Positions 1 to 9,003 of a stretch of 64,000 nucleotides of DNA are shown here, piece after piece. The notes below the pieces were generated by a model. That model was not told the origin of the DNA. It made no database searches and was given only the letters and a program-made list of their open reading frames with translations. The stretch comes from Patescibacteria group bacterium. GTDB lineage: Bacteria; Patescibacteriota; UBA1384; XYA2-FULL-43-10; CAINNR01. How positions within the stretch are numbered: position 1 is the first letter of the stretch; every line of letters starts with the position of its first letter. Position numbers and translations under genes: made by a program. The stretch lies in contig JBAZJN010000003.1 in the NCBI GenBank assembly GCA_041651295.1, forward strand, positions 14,016 to 78,015, read 5' to 3'.

Positions 1-744
1 CTTTTTTAATATCTGAGAGAAGTCAGTTATCACTATTAATTCCGGACTTAACTTAACCAATAGATCAGCCGTTTCTTTTGAATTTATGTCAGCAATTTTA
101 TAAACTTTTTGGCCCAGTTTACCTGCCAATTCGGCAATTAATGTCGGCTGTATTAATTTTTTACCTGTTATCCGGTCGGGTGATGTCATAACACCAAGAA
201 GTTTAAATTGGGGGTCGTCTGTAATCCGTTCCAGTGCCGGCAAACCAAGTGAGCCATTTCCGACAAAAATGGTTTTGACGGTTTTAATATGGTCGATCAT
301 TAGAACGCCGTTTAAGTGATCGATCTCATGCTGTAAAACCCGTGCCAACAGTTTTTCATCTTCGATTAGAAACTCCTTTCCCCAGCGATCCTGCGCCCGA
401 ACCATGATTCCTTTGGGTCGTTTAATATAAAGTTCTTTACCCGGGAAAGACAAACAACCTTCAATAGTAAATTCTTGTTCCTTGGATAAATCTTCGATTC
501 TAGGATTTATAACGACACAAAGTGGAAATTCTGTTTCTTCCTTTTCCGGTGTTTCATACTCGGCAACAATGATTTTCTTGCTTTGCCCGACTTGAGGAGC
601 AGCAAGCCCGATACCATCGGAGTTTCTCATAGTGAAAATCATATCGTCGATTAACTCCTGTATTTGGCCATCAAAAGAAGAGACATCTTCTGCCTGTGCC
701 CTAAGTATCGGATTGGGATCCTTTAAAATATCTAGTTTTTTCAT
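1..744 (-). CDS. def: Peptide deformylase fused in frame to the N-terminal part of methionyl-tRNA formyltransferase (3' end runs off the window)
   Basis: Absent from the ORF track because no stop lies inside the window. I checked every minus-strand triplet from ATG 744-742 down to position 1 and found no stop. Translation gives Def motifs GIGLAAPQ, EGCLS and QHEIDHLNG. It then continues without a stop into ...GVLMIDHIKTVKTIFVGNGSLGLPALERI...GVMTSPDRITGKKL...PELIVITDFSQIL, which matches the Fmt N-terminal pattern. There is an ATGA start/stop overlap with the upstream epimerase gene. Confidence 0.85.
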   Translation of the reverse strand, partial: MKKLDILKDPNPILRAQAEDVSSFDGQIQELIDDMIFTMRNSDGIGLAAPQVGQSKKIIVAEYETPEKEETEFPLCVVINPRIEDLSKEQEFTIEGCLSFPGKELYIKRPKGIMVRAQDRWGKEFLIEDEKLLARVLQHEIDHLNGVLMIDHIKTVKTIFVGNGSLGLPALERITDDPQFKLLGVMTSPDRITGKKLIQPTLIAELAGKLGQKVYKIADINSKETADLLVKLSPELIVITDFSQILKK

Positions 745-1901
745 TTTTTTAATATTTTTTCTTTATTACAGCTTTCCCACTTCCAAGCGGTTTTTGCCAT
801 ATCTGTCAAATTATATTTCGTTTTCCAACCGAGTATTTTTTCGGCTTTAGATGAATCAGCAATCGATATTGATGCATCGCCGCTTCGCCTATCCGTAATT
901 TTATATTTTACTTTTTTCCCGGATGCTGATTCCACTGCTTTTATTACTTCCAAAACACTTGAACCATAACCTGTGGCTAAGTTGAAAATTTCCGATTTAT
1001 TGTCAGATTCAAGATATTTGATGGCAAGAACATGGGCAACAGCCAAATCTGACGGATGAATATAATCTCTAACACCAGTACCGTCTTTTGTCGGATAGTC
1101 ATTTCCATAAACTAAAAGTTCGGGAATTTTGCTTAAGACCGAGAGGATCGCCATTGACATTAAATTCGTTGGCTTAGGTTTTGAATCCCCTGTTCTGCCA
1201 TTTGGGTCGGCTCCGCAAACATTAAAATAGCGAAAAGCAACGTATTTGATACCCAATGTCTTATTATACTTTTCCAGGATGATTTCGTCAAGAAGTTTTG
1301 ATACTCCATATACTGAAAGTGGTATACGAAGTTTAGTGACATCTTCATTAGATAATATTAATTCTTGTCGGCTATCAATCTCTGCACTATATCTCTCGAG
1401 GAATTTTTGCAAAAACTCCTCGCCGACAACATCTTCATTTGCCCATTTCCCTTCTAACAGCGCGGCTTTTTTCGGTTTGTAGGTCTCAGTGAAAGATTCA
1501 ATCCAAGGGACATCATTTTCTTTTATCGGATTACCATAAACTGCGGCTGTTGAAGATTTAATTATCAAACGACAATTGGATTTTAACATTGCATCGAGGA
1601 TGTTGATGAAGTTTAATACATTATTTTGTAAATATTTCTCCGGCTGGGTCATTGATTCGCCAACTGCTAAATAGGCGGCAAAATCGATTACCGCTTCGGG
1701 TTGGTGTTTTTTGAACACTTGAAAAACATCTGCTCTATCTTCTAATGAGATCTTTTCCAATGTTATATTTGCCGGCAACAATTCCTTGTGCCCGGCCCGC
1801 AGATCGTCTATAACTATGACCTGATATTTTTTTGCTAATAATTCCAGTACCGTGTGTGACCCGATATATCCGGCTCCTCCGGTAACAAAAATCTTTTTCA
1901 T
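741..1901 (-). CDS. galE: NAD-dependent sugar epimerase, UDP-glucose 4-epimerase-like, with an internal ~50-aa insertion
   Basis: The 386-aa ORF has an N-terminal Rossmann motif (KIFVTGGAGYIGSH), an SST motif and the catalytic YGVSK (YxxxK). It is longer than typical GalE because of an extra segment between SST and YxxxK. Confidence 0.75.
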   Translation of the reverse strand: MKKIFVTGGAGYIGSHTVLELLAKKYQVIVIDDLRAGHKELLPANITLEKISLEDRADVFQVFKKHQPEAVIDFAAYLAVGESMTQPEKYLQNNVLNFINILDAMLKSNCRLIIKSSTAAVYGNPIKENDVPWIESFTETYKPKKAALLEGKWANEDVVGEEFLQKFLERYSAEIDSRQELILSNEDVTKLRIPLSVYGVSKLLDEIILEKYNKTLGIKYVAFRYFNVCGADPNGRTGDSKPKPTNLMSMAILSVLSKIPELLVYGNDYPTKDGTGVRDYIHPSDLAVAHVLAIKYLESDNKSEIFNLATGYGSSVLEVIKAVESASGKKVKYKITDRRSGDASISIADSSKAEKILGWKTKYNLTDMAKTAWKWESCNKEKILKK

Positions 1902-2034
1902 AGAAAAAATTTTAAATAATTAATGCCTTTAGTCAGAGTATAACAAAATAAGTGCAATTTTCTAGACAAAAAAAATATTTTTTGCTAAAATTCTGGCAGA
2001 TTGACAGACTGGACCCATTTAGGGAGATTTAGTT

Positions 2035-2256
2035 ATGACCCGTGGAGGAAATCGCCGCGCCGCCAATAGGCTGTTCGCCGGACCATTCGCTGCTCAACTC
2101 GCTCGACAAGCCGAGGAAGCTGCCAAGTCGGAGGCAGCCGCTGATTACCAGCGAACTGGCCAAGTACCAACCGGATACAGGACCTGCCCCTACTGCCATA
2201 TGCTCAACATTTCCGACGCAACCTATTGCAAACAATGTGATCGCTTCATTAGGTAG
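2035..2256 (+). CDS. Small (73 aa) zinc-ribbon protein in a GC-rich patch
   Basis: AGGGAG lies about 8 nt upstream of the ATG. The C-terminus is CPYC-x14-CKQC (zinc ribbon). A strong intrinsic terminator follows. GC content is visibly much higher than in the flanks. Confidence 0.55.
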   Translation: MTRGGNRRAANRLFAGPFAAQLARQAEEAAKSEAAADYQRTGQVPTGYRTCPYCHMLNISDATYCKQCDRFIR

Positions 2257-2276
2257 CCGCCCGCAAGGATCACTAC

Positions 2277-2301
2277 CCAGGCCACCAGGCCTGGTTTTTT
2301 T
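2277..2301 (+). terminator. Rho-independent terminator
   Basis: Stem ccaggcc, loop acca, stem ggcctgg, followed by a run of 7 T. Confidence 0.75.
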
Positions 2302-4282
2302 AAAGCAGATTCAACGCATCAACATCCCAAGTCAGAGACACGAATTGAGAAAAAAGAGATGAAATATCTTTATTGGGTAAATTTTTTGATTTTATAATAA
2401 TTTGATAACGGTATTTGTTATGTAACCGCCCGAAGAAACACGGCCCCGGCCCGATTATTTCAATGCCTTTCTCTTTTAGGTTAACCGCTAGTTTTCTAAT
2501 ATCTTCTCTAGCCTTGCTTTCAGATTTATTTTCCGATAGTACTCGTATCAAATGCGAAGCCGGCGGATAATTTTTAGCTAATCTTTTATCGATCTCAGCC
2601 TGATAAAATCCTTCAAAGTCATGTAGGGCGGCAAATTTGATAGCGGCAGAATTTGGCCAATAAGTTTGGATAATTGTCTGCCCCAATTTTTGTCTTCGAC
2701 CGGATCGCCCGGAAACTTGAGTAATTAAACGAAATATTTTTTCTGAAGCTCGAAAATGTGGCATATGAAGTCCGACATCAGCAGAAATTATGCCAACAAG
2801 TGATACTCCCGGGATATCAAAACCTTTGGCCAAAATTTGCGTTCCAATTACTATGTCAAACTTGTGATCCCGAAAATCCTCGTAAAACTGTTCATACTCA
2901 TTATGATTATGTAATACTTTTGCATCAACCCGCTTTATCCTAGCTTTCGGAAAAAGTCTTTTTATCTCTAATTCAATTTTTTCGACGCCAGAACCAAAGT
3001 ACCTAATTCGAATACTGCCGCAATCGGGACACTTTGCCGGAACCGCTAGTTTTTTTTGGCAATGATGGCAAATTAAATAGTTTCCACTCTGATCAAGGTG
3101 TTGAATCATTGGAATTTCACAATTTGAGCAGCTAACGACAAAACCACAATCACGGCAGGAAACGAAAGTCGCCATGCCACGACGATTCAAAAATAATAGG
3201 GCTTGTTCCTTCTTTTTTAAAACGCGTAATATTGCTTCCTGCAGTTTTTCGGATATAGGTGAATAATTTTCTTTTTTAATTTCATTTTTTAAGTCAATAG
3301 TTTCTGCGACTGGCAACATCAATGAATTATAACGGCCTGACATTTTAAAAAGATCGTATATACCATTTTCAGCTTTATAATATGTTTCAATTCTTGGAGT
3401 TGCGGAGCCGAGGACCAAAAGTGCACCAAGCTTTTGTGACATTTTTTCCGCCAGGACGACAGCATCATATCGCGGATTTTGTTCCTGTTTGTAAGATTCT
3501 TCCTGTTCCTCATCAATAATTATCAAGCCAATTCTTTCATTTGGAACCAATAAAGCGCTGCGCGGTCCGACAATAATCTTTTTTTCTCCAGCGGAAAATG
3601 ATTTATAACAACTAAACTTTTCTGATTTCGAGAGTCCGGAATGCATTAACACAACATCTTGACCAAAAACTTGCTCAAAGCGCTCTATATTTTGTGGCGT
3701 CAAGACTATTTCTGGCACTAGCAAGACAACTGATTTTCCAAGTTCAATAGTTTTTTTGGCTAGATGAAGATAAATCTCTGTTTTGCCCGATCCGGTCACT
3801 CCATATATCAACGCCGGTTTTTTCTTTTTGACAACTAGATTTTGTGATAATCTGTCAAAAATATTTTTCTGATCAGTTGTCAGTGAATTCAGCTTGTATC
3901 TCTTGGCTTCTAATTTGCCTGTTTCTTGTTTCTTGTTTCTTGAAATCTTTAGCGATGGTGGCAAAAAGAGCGAAACTGCTTCCCCCGGGCTACATAAATA
4001 ATATTCGGATATCCACCTTGACAGTTCAATGTATTTTTTCGGAATAACAAATTCCTGATTAATTGAGACAATTTCTCTAATTTTAAATTTTAAAGTGTCA
4101 TTTTGAGCTTTAGAATTTGAAATTTGAACTTTTGATATCACTCCCCGAATCATATTTTTTCCAAAAGGAGCCTCAACTATTGCACCAGCTACAACTTTGT
4201 TTACCAAATCCTTCGGCACCGCGTAACAAAAAACTCCTTCACCCCAACAAGTCTTTGTTTCTGGAATTACATCAATTATCAT
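2300..4282 (-). CDS. priA: Primosomal protein N' (replication restart helicase PriA)
   Basis: 660 aa. Walker A is GVTGSGKTE, the DEEQ box is IIIDEEQE, there is a Cys-rich zinc-binding insert (CRDCG..CSNC..CHHC..CPDCG), and helicase C motifs are present. Confidence 0.9.
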   Translation of the reverse strand: MIIDVIPETKTCWGEGVFCYAVPKDLVNKVVAGAIVEAPFGKNMIRGVISKVQISNSKAQNDTLKFKIREIVSINQEFVIPKKYIELSRWISEYYLCSPGEAVSLFLPPSLKISRNKKQETGKLEAKRYKLNSLTTDQKNIFDRLSQNLVVKKKKPALIYGVTGSGKTEIYLHLAKKTIELGKSVVLLVPEIVLTPQNIERFEQVFGQDVVLMHSGLSKSEKFSCYKSFSAGEKKIIVGPRSALLVPNERIGLIIIDEEQEESYKQEQNPRYDAVVLAEKMSQKLGALLVLGSATPRIETYYKAENGIYDLFKMSGRYNSLMLPVAETIDLKNEIKKENYSPISEKLQEAILRVLKKKEQALLFLNRRGMATFVSCRDCGFVVSCSNCEIPMIQHLDQSGNYLICHHCQKKLAVPAKCPDCGSIRIRYFGSGVEKIELEIKRLFPKARIKRVDAKVLHNHNEYEQFYEDFRDHKFDIVIGTQILAKGFDIPGVSLVGIISADVGLHMPHFRASEKIFRLITQVSGRSGRRQKLGQTIIQTYWPNSAAIKFAALHDFEGFYQAEIDKRLAKNYPPASHLIRVLSENKSESKAREDIRKLAVNLKEKGIEIIGPGPCFFGRLHNKYRYQIIIKSKNLPNKDISSLFSQFVSLTWDVDALNLL

Positions 4283-4343
4283 TGAAAAAATATTAAATTT
4301 GTGTTATTGTAATATATATTATTCTTACTGCTATCATAATCAG

Positions 4344-5681
4344 ATGAACACAAAATTACAACAACAACCAAAAGTTGCAATTGTTGGCAGGCCGAACGTC
4401 GGCAAGTCGACATTTTTTAATAGAATAGTAGGCAAAAGAAGGGCCATAGAATCCGAGATACCGGGGACAACTCGTGACAGAATTTATGCCGATGCTGATT
4501 GGTGCGGAAAGGCTTTCACATTAATTGATACGGCAGGTTTAACCGATGAAAAATCCGGTGACGAATTGGTTAACCTAACAGAAAAGAGTGCCAAGTTTGC
4601 AATAGAGCAGGCGGATATTATCGTTTTTATTATTGACCAAGCCGAAATTTCAGCCAGTGATAAAAAAATCGCAAAAACCTTACACAGTGGTGGTAAAAAA
4701 ACTTTTTTAGTTGCAAATAAAGCTGATAATTCAGGTCGAGAAATTGTTAACAAAGAGATGTTCTCACTTGGTTTCGGCGAGCCGTCATTTGTGTCGGCGA
4801 TATCGGGACGGGGTGTAGCAGATTTTCTGGACAAATTGACTAGCAATTTTGATAATGCACAGCAATCCATTAAGAAAACATTAGACATTAAAGTTGCTAT
4901 CATCGGACGACCGAATGTTGGTAAATCAACTTTACTAAACTCTCTCTCGGGACAGGAAAAAGCAGTCGTCTCTACTACCCCGGGGACCACAAGAGACACA
5001 ATGGACGAAATTATTACGCACAAAGGCAAAACTATCAGTTTTGTAGATACAGCGGGCATAAGAAGGAGAGGAAAAGTCGAGTCGGGTATTGAAAAGTTCT
5101 CAATAATTAGGACTATGTCAGCCATAAAAAACAGCGAGGTAGTTGTAGTTTTGGTTGACGCAGATGAAGGACTAACGAATCAAGACACTCATATTGTCGG
5201 CGAGGCTAAAGAACAAGGCAAATCTATAATTATTGGCGTTAACAAATTTGATCTACTGGACGGAGAAAATGATACTGATCAAAAAAACAAAATGTCGGAG
5301 ATTTTAGGTTATATGCAAGAAAACCTGGCATTCGTACCTTTTGTCCCGGTAATTTTTATCTCCGCAAGAGAAAAACAAAACTTAAATGTGCTCTTAAACA
5401 AGATTGTTGAAATTCATGATCAGAGATATTTGGAAATTGATAAATCAGTTCTTAAAAAAGTAATTAAAGAAGCTTTGGAAAAAAATCCGCAGTTACCAAA
5501 GATTATTGATTTTTATCAAAATAATACTAACCCGATTGTTTTTAAATTGGTTTCAAAGAATCCAAAACTCTTTCATTTTTCACACTTAAGATATTTAGAA
5601 AATCGTATTCGAGATAATTTTCCATTCATGGGTACCCCGATTTTTATCGATCTAATCACAAACAAAAAATCATCTAAATGA
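4344..5681 (+). CDS. der: Ribosome-associated GTPase Der/EngA
   Basis: Two tandem GTPase domains are present (GRPNVGKST twice, DTAG twice, NKxD twice), plus a KH-like C-terminus. I chose the start at MNTKLQQ (ATG 4344) rather than the ORF-track start at 4299. Confidence 0.9.
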   Translation: MNTKLQQQPKVAIVGRPNVGKSTFFNRIVGKRRAIESEIPGTTRDRIYADADWCGKAFTLIDTAGLTDEKSGDELVNLTEKSAKFAIEQADIIVFIIDQAEISASDKKIAKTLHSGGKKTFLVANKADNSGREIVNKEMFSLGFGEPSFVSAISGRGVADFLDKLTSNFDNAQQSIKKTLDIKVAIIGRPNVGKSTLLNSLSGQEKAVVSTTPGTTRDTMDEIITHKGKTISFVDTAGIRRRGKVESGIEKFSIIRTMSAIKNSEVVVVLVDADEGLTNQDTHIVGEAKEQGKSIIIGVNKFDLLDGENDTDQKNKMSEILGYMQENLAFVPFVPVIFISAREKQNLNVLLNKIVEIHDQRYLEIDKSVLKKVIKEALEKNPQLPKIIDFYQNNTNPIVFKLVSKNPKLFHFSHLRYLENRIRDNFPFMGTPIFIDLITNKKSSK

Positions 5682-5725
5682 TGATGCTCGTCCCATAAAC
5701 TTTAATGTAATTTACATCATCCGGT

Positions 5726-6367
5726 TTAATACGATTGCTTGCTCCAGAGCTTGAATCTTTCCAGTGGCGTAACTGTTAGCCACACACGACCGATAATATT
5801 TGCTTTCGGAAGAACTCCCCACTCCCGTGAATCTGAAGAGTGTTCTCGGTTGTCGCCAAGAACGAAAAACTCATCGGATTTTAGCGTCAACTTGAAATCC
5901 TCTTTGTTAATTTCGTTACTGTAGATACTTGTTTTAACATCGGGCAGCAGATAATTTTCAGTTAATTGTTGAAATGGACCGTCTGGAGTTTTCCCCACCA
6001 TAACTTTGTTGTCCTTGATATTTACAGTCTCTCCCGGAAGACCAATGACTCTTTTGATATATATAATTGATGGATTCTTAGGATATCGAAAAATGACCAC
6101 GTCACCCCTATTTGGCGCTTTGAAATCATAGGAAATCTTTTCAGCAATCAAGTACTCGTTATTAACAAATGTCTGAGTCATGGAATCACCATCAACAACA
6201 AATGGCTGAATAACAAAATATCTAATTGCAAAGGCAATTAGCATCACTACAACAAAAGTCTTAACTAAATCAAGCAGGAAAGAAAAAAATCCGACTGCTC
6301 CAGTTTTTCCGGGATTGATTTTGTTTAGAGTTTCGCTTTCGGACTGTTCGTTTTTATTATCATCCAT
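5726..6367 (-). CDS. lepB: Signal peptidase I
   Basis: There is an N-terminal TM helix. Motifs are GDSM (catalytic Ser), RGDVVIF, IKRVIGLPGE (catalytic Lys box) and GDNREHSSDSREWG. The start could be 6403 or 6367. Confidence 0.88.
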   Translation of the reverse strand: MDDNKNEQSESETLNKINPGKTGAVGFFSFLLDLVKTFVVVMLIAFAIRYFVIQPFVVDGDSMTQTFVNNEYLIAEKISYDFKAPNRGDVVIFRYPKNPSIIYIKRVIGLPGETVNIKDNKVMVGKTPDGPFQQLTENYLLPDVKTSIYSNEINKEDFKLTLKSDEFFVLGDNREHSSDSREWGVLPKANIIGRVWLTVTPLERFKLWSKQSY

Positions 6368-6465
6368 TACTTTTATTTTAGTATTACTATTACATGTTAG
6401 CAATTATTGACAGCGGTAGTCAATATGAATTAGACTGAACTAAAGATAAAAAATTAAATGCGATT

Positions 6466-7203
6466 ATGAGAATCGTCTTGTTTTCAATTTTTGGATACAA
6501 TATCTACAGTCATGGCGTGTTTTTGACATTGGCACTGGTCATTGGCGGTTATTTGTTATTTCGATTCGCGAAGAAAGAAAATGCAAATACCGATCGGTTT
6601 TTAAGCAACTATATTATCTCTGTTATTTCGGCCTTAATAGCAGCCAGAATCGGTTTTCTGGCAACTAATCTGTCTCTGTATCGTAATTACTCTGACATAT
6701 ACAAATACTGGCAAGGAGGATTGGTTTCCTTTGCCGGCTTTATTGTCGGCGCAGCGGTATTCTTTCTCTTGCTCAGGGCCCAAAAGCAAAAAATTGCCCT
6801 TTGGTTGGATCTCTCTAGTATTGTTTTCCCTCTGGCTATCGCAATCGGCAGAATCGGTTGTGTTTTAGCCGGAGAGGTTGGCAAAAGATATTACGGAACC
6901 TTCGCATACTACAATCATTTTCCTGTTACTGCTTTCGAAATTTATCTTGGATTGGTCGTATTCTCAATTAACCTAGCAATTTATACTTATGCCAGAAAAT
7001 ATCTGATTAAATATTTCTTGTTTTTGAATTTTATTATGCTCTACTCTCTCGGGAGAGTGTTTATCGATACATACAGGGCTGATAAATCTTTGATTATTGG
7101 TATTAACCTGAGCCAGTTGACTTCTTTTGTAATTTTCACCGCAGCATTCTTTGTTTTCAGTATATACTATATCAAGAGAAAGGGGGGAATTAATGAAAAT
7201 TGA
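6466..7203 (+). CDS. lgt: Prolipoprotein diacylglyceryl transferase
   Basis: A 245-aa polytopic membrane protein with Lgt-like motifs YWQGGLVSFAGF and GRIGCVLAGE. It lies in the same cluster as lspA. Confidence 0.75.
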   Translation: MRIVLFSIFGYNIYSHGVFLTLALVIGGYLLFRFAKKENANTDRFLSNYIISVISALIAARIGFLATNLSLYRNYSDIYKYWQGGLVSFAGFIVGAAVFFLLLRAQKQKIALWLDLSSIVFPLAIAIGRIGCVLAGEVGKRYYGTFAYYNHFPVTAFEIYLGLVVFSINLAIYTYARKYLIKYFLFLNFIMLYSLGRVFIDTYRADKSLIIGINLSQLTSFVIFTAAFFVFSIYYIKRKGGINEN

Positions 7204-7528
7204 TGAGAAATTTTTAGCCAAGCAAAAAAAACGGCTCAAAACCGAGAAGATAAAATTAGAGAAAAAAATCACAGAATTAGAAAAATACCCGGATTATGGT
7301 CGAGGGGAAGATGATAATGCCAGGGAATTTGAAGATTTTGAAACAAATTTAAGCGTCGATACACAATTAAAACTTTTGTTAAAGAAAATTAACATAGCGC
7401 TATCTTCAATCGAAAAAAGTACATATGGCAGATGCACAATCTGCAAACAGGAAATAGAAAATGGCAGACTTAAATTGATGCCCTACGCGGCCATTTGTGT
7501 TACATGCGAAAAGAAAACAAAAAAGTAA
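7193..7528 (+). CDS. DksA/TraR-type C4 zinc-finger protein
   Basis: A coiled-coil N-terminus is followed by CTICKQEI-x17-CVTCEKK. AAGGGGGG lies upstream of ATG 7193. The gene overlaps the lgt end and the lspA start. Confidence 0.75.
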   Translation: MKIDEKFLAKQKKRLKTEKIKLEKKITELEKYPDYGRGEDDNAREFEDFETNLSVDTQLKLLLKKINIALSSIEKSTYGRCTICKQEIENGRLKLMPYAAICVTCEKKTKK

Positions 7529-7917
7529 ATCGTTTCTTTTTGAATTTCACATACGCCCTATTTTTAGCCTTGGGTTTCCAATTAATAACTTATTTGATGC
7601 CGACTCAATTTGTCTACTTAAACACTAGACTAATATTTGGAACTCTTGAATCCGCAACTATTTCGATTGTTCTATTATCTCTTGCAGCGTTGATCTCAAT
7701 CTATTTTTTGATAATTACAACTAAATCACGAAGACTGATAACATTTTTGTTAGCTGGGCTCATTTCTAATTTATTCGACCGGATTTTTAGAGGAGGCGTA
7801 ATTGATTATATTTATATTCATGGTTTTCCAATGTTCAATATCCCGGATATCGCAATCGTAGTGACGATAACCCTCTTGGCAATTTCTGGCCTTAACAAAC
7901 TAAAAAGCGCTGACTAG
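7495..7917 (+). CDS. lspA: Lipoprotein signal peptidase (signal peptidase II)
   Basis: A four-TM small protein with the motifs NLFDRIFRGGVIDYI and FNIPDIAI (the two catalytic Asp boxes). The true start may be a few codons downstream, for example 7504. Confidence 0.8.
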   Translation: MCYMRKENKKVNRFFLNFTYALFLALGFQLITYLMPTQFVYLNTRLIFGTLESATISIVLLSLAALISIYFLIITTKSRRLITFLLAGLISNLFDRIFRGGVIDYIYIHGFPMFNIPDIAIVVTITLLAISGLNKLKSAD

Positions 7918-7948
7918 CGCTTTTTAGTTATGACCAAACCTGAATGAT

Positions 7949-8296
7949 TTATTTAGTGACTTGTTTAACTAGCTCTGCAAACGCTTCCGACTCAGTTTTT
8001 GCCATCTCTGCCATTACCTTTCGATTTAGTTCGATTTTTTGATCTGACAGCTTATTAATGAATTCCGAGTATGTAATTCCGTTTATTTTACAAGCGGCAT
8101 TTATAGAAATTATCCAAGAAGCCCTAAAATCTCTCTTTTTTCTTCGACGATCAATAAAAGCATTTGTTCCAGCTTTTAGTACTGCCTGTTTTGCCAGTTT
8201 AACGGAACTTCTTCGGCTAGACTTCATACCCTTAGTTTTGGCTAAAAGTCTTTTATGTTTTGCATTAGTTGTAACTCCACGCTTAACTCTCGACAT
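7949..8296 (-). CDS. rplT: 50S ribosomal protein L20
   Basis: The N-terminus MSRVKRGVTTNAKHKRLLAKTKG is the canonical L20 N-terminus. Confidence 0.95.
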   Translation of the reverse strand: MSRVKRGVTTNAKHKRLLAKTKGMKSSRRSSVKLAKQAVLKAGTNAFIDRRRKKRDFRASWIISINAACKINGITYSEFINKLSDQKIELNRKVMAEMAKTESEAFAELVKQVTK

Positions 8297-8297
8297 C

Positions 8298-8483
8298 TTA
8301 TCCTCTTCCAATTAGTTTTTTGACTCTCTTCTGGTCATTCTTGCTAACTGCGACCATACCTTTTTTTCGATCAGATTTATTCGTTAAAAGATGATTCTTT
8401 GCAGCTGGGATTCGAAGAATCTTACCGCTTCCGGTAATTTTGAATCTTTTAATTGACGTCTTGTGTGTTTTCAATTTCGGCAT
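8298..8483 (-). CDS. rpmI: 50S ribosomal protein L35
   Basis: MPKLKTHKTSIKRFKITGSGKILR is the canonical L35 N-terminus. Confidence 0.95.
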   Translation of the reverse strand: MPKLKTHKTSIKRFKITGSGKILRIPAAKNHLLTNKSDRKKGMVAVSKNDQKRVKKLIGRG

Positions 8484-9003
8484 CTTGACCTTGTGAATTT
8501 TTTCTCTTAATTAAATTGACTTTGATTTGATTCCCTAATTTTTTTGGTTCTTCTTGCAATTCCATGCCGGCAATATCGGCAAACTTTTTAATTACTTCTA
8601 TTGCCCGGTTTGCGAAGATATTTTCACGTCCGCGTAATCTAAGCGAAATGTTTATTTTGTGACCTTTTTCGGATAATTCTTTGGCCTTGTTAGCTTTGAC
8701 TTGAAGATCATGATCACCAATTTTCGCCGATAATCTGATTTCTTTGTCCTCAAATATCTTGGATTTCTGCTTGTTGTCTTTATCTTTTTTTTCTTGCTCG
8801 TATTTAAAGCGGCCAAAATCCATGATTCTGGCAACTGGAGGATTAGAATTCGGAGAAATTTCCACCAAGTCTAAGCCGGCTTGACGGGCCAATGATAAGG
8901 CCGAAAACAAAGATTGAACACCATGTGATGTCCCATCCTCATCGATCAGTAATACTCTTGCAGCCCGAATCCGATCGTTGACTCGAAGAAAATTTTTGCT
9001 TAT
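8449..9003 (-). CDS. infC: Translation initiation factor IF-3, with probable non-canonical ATA start
   Basis: The ORF-track M at 8910 is a TTG inside the protein. The frame stays open upstream to the stop at 9013-9015 and encodes ISKNFLRVNDRIRAARVLLIDEDGTSHGV, which is the IF-3 N-domain. No ATG, GTG or TTG is available upstream. AGGAGA sits 5 nt upstream of ATA at 9003-9001. Confidence 0.85.
   Translation of the reverse strand: MSKNFLRVNDRIRAARVLLIDEDGTSHGVQSLFSALSLARQAGLDLVEISPNSNPPVARIMDFGRFKYEQEKKDKDNKQKSKIFEDKEIRLSAKIGDHDLQVKANKAKELSEKGHKINISLRLRGRENIFANRAIEVIKKFADIAGMELQEEPKKLGNQIKVNLIKRKNSQGQDAEIENTQDVN

Noticed and set aside
2029-2362. Alternative ORFs 2029-2235 (-) and 2042-2362 (+) in the first GC-rich patch. 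ORFs 22418-22948 in the GC-rich gene at 22.3-22.9 kb are similar.
   Set aside because: GC-rich sequence lacks stop codons in all frames. Only the frames with a Shine-Dalgarno sequence plus start and a recognisable motif or paralog were kept.
4484-5125. A 213-aa antisense ORF inside der. The same pattern occurs in other long genes (for example 10835-11509 and 12047-12418 in uvrA, 31512-32369 in the Dcm gene, 24437-25059 in aspS, and 50679-51164 in the histidine kinase gene).
   Set aside because: Each of these ORFs lies wholly inside a gene with unambiguous conserved motifs on the other strand. Their translations are low-complexity with no motifs, so they are most likely shadow ORFs.
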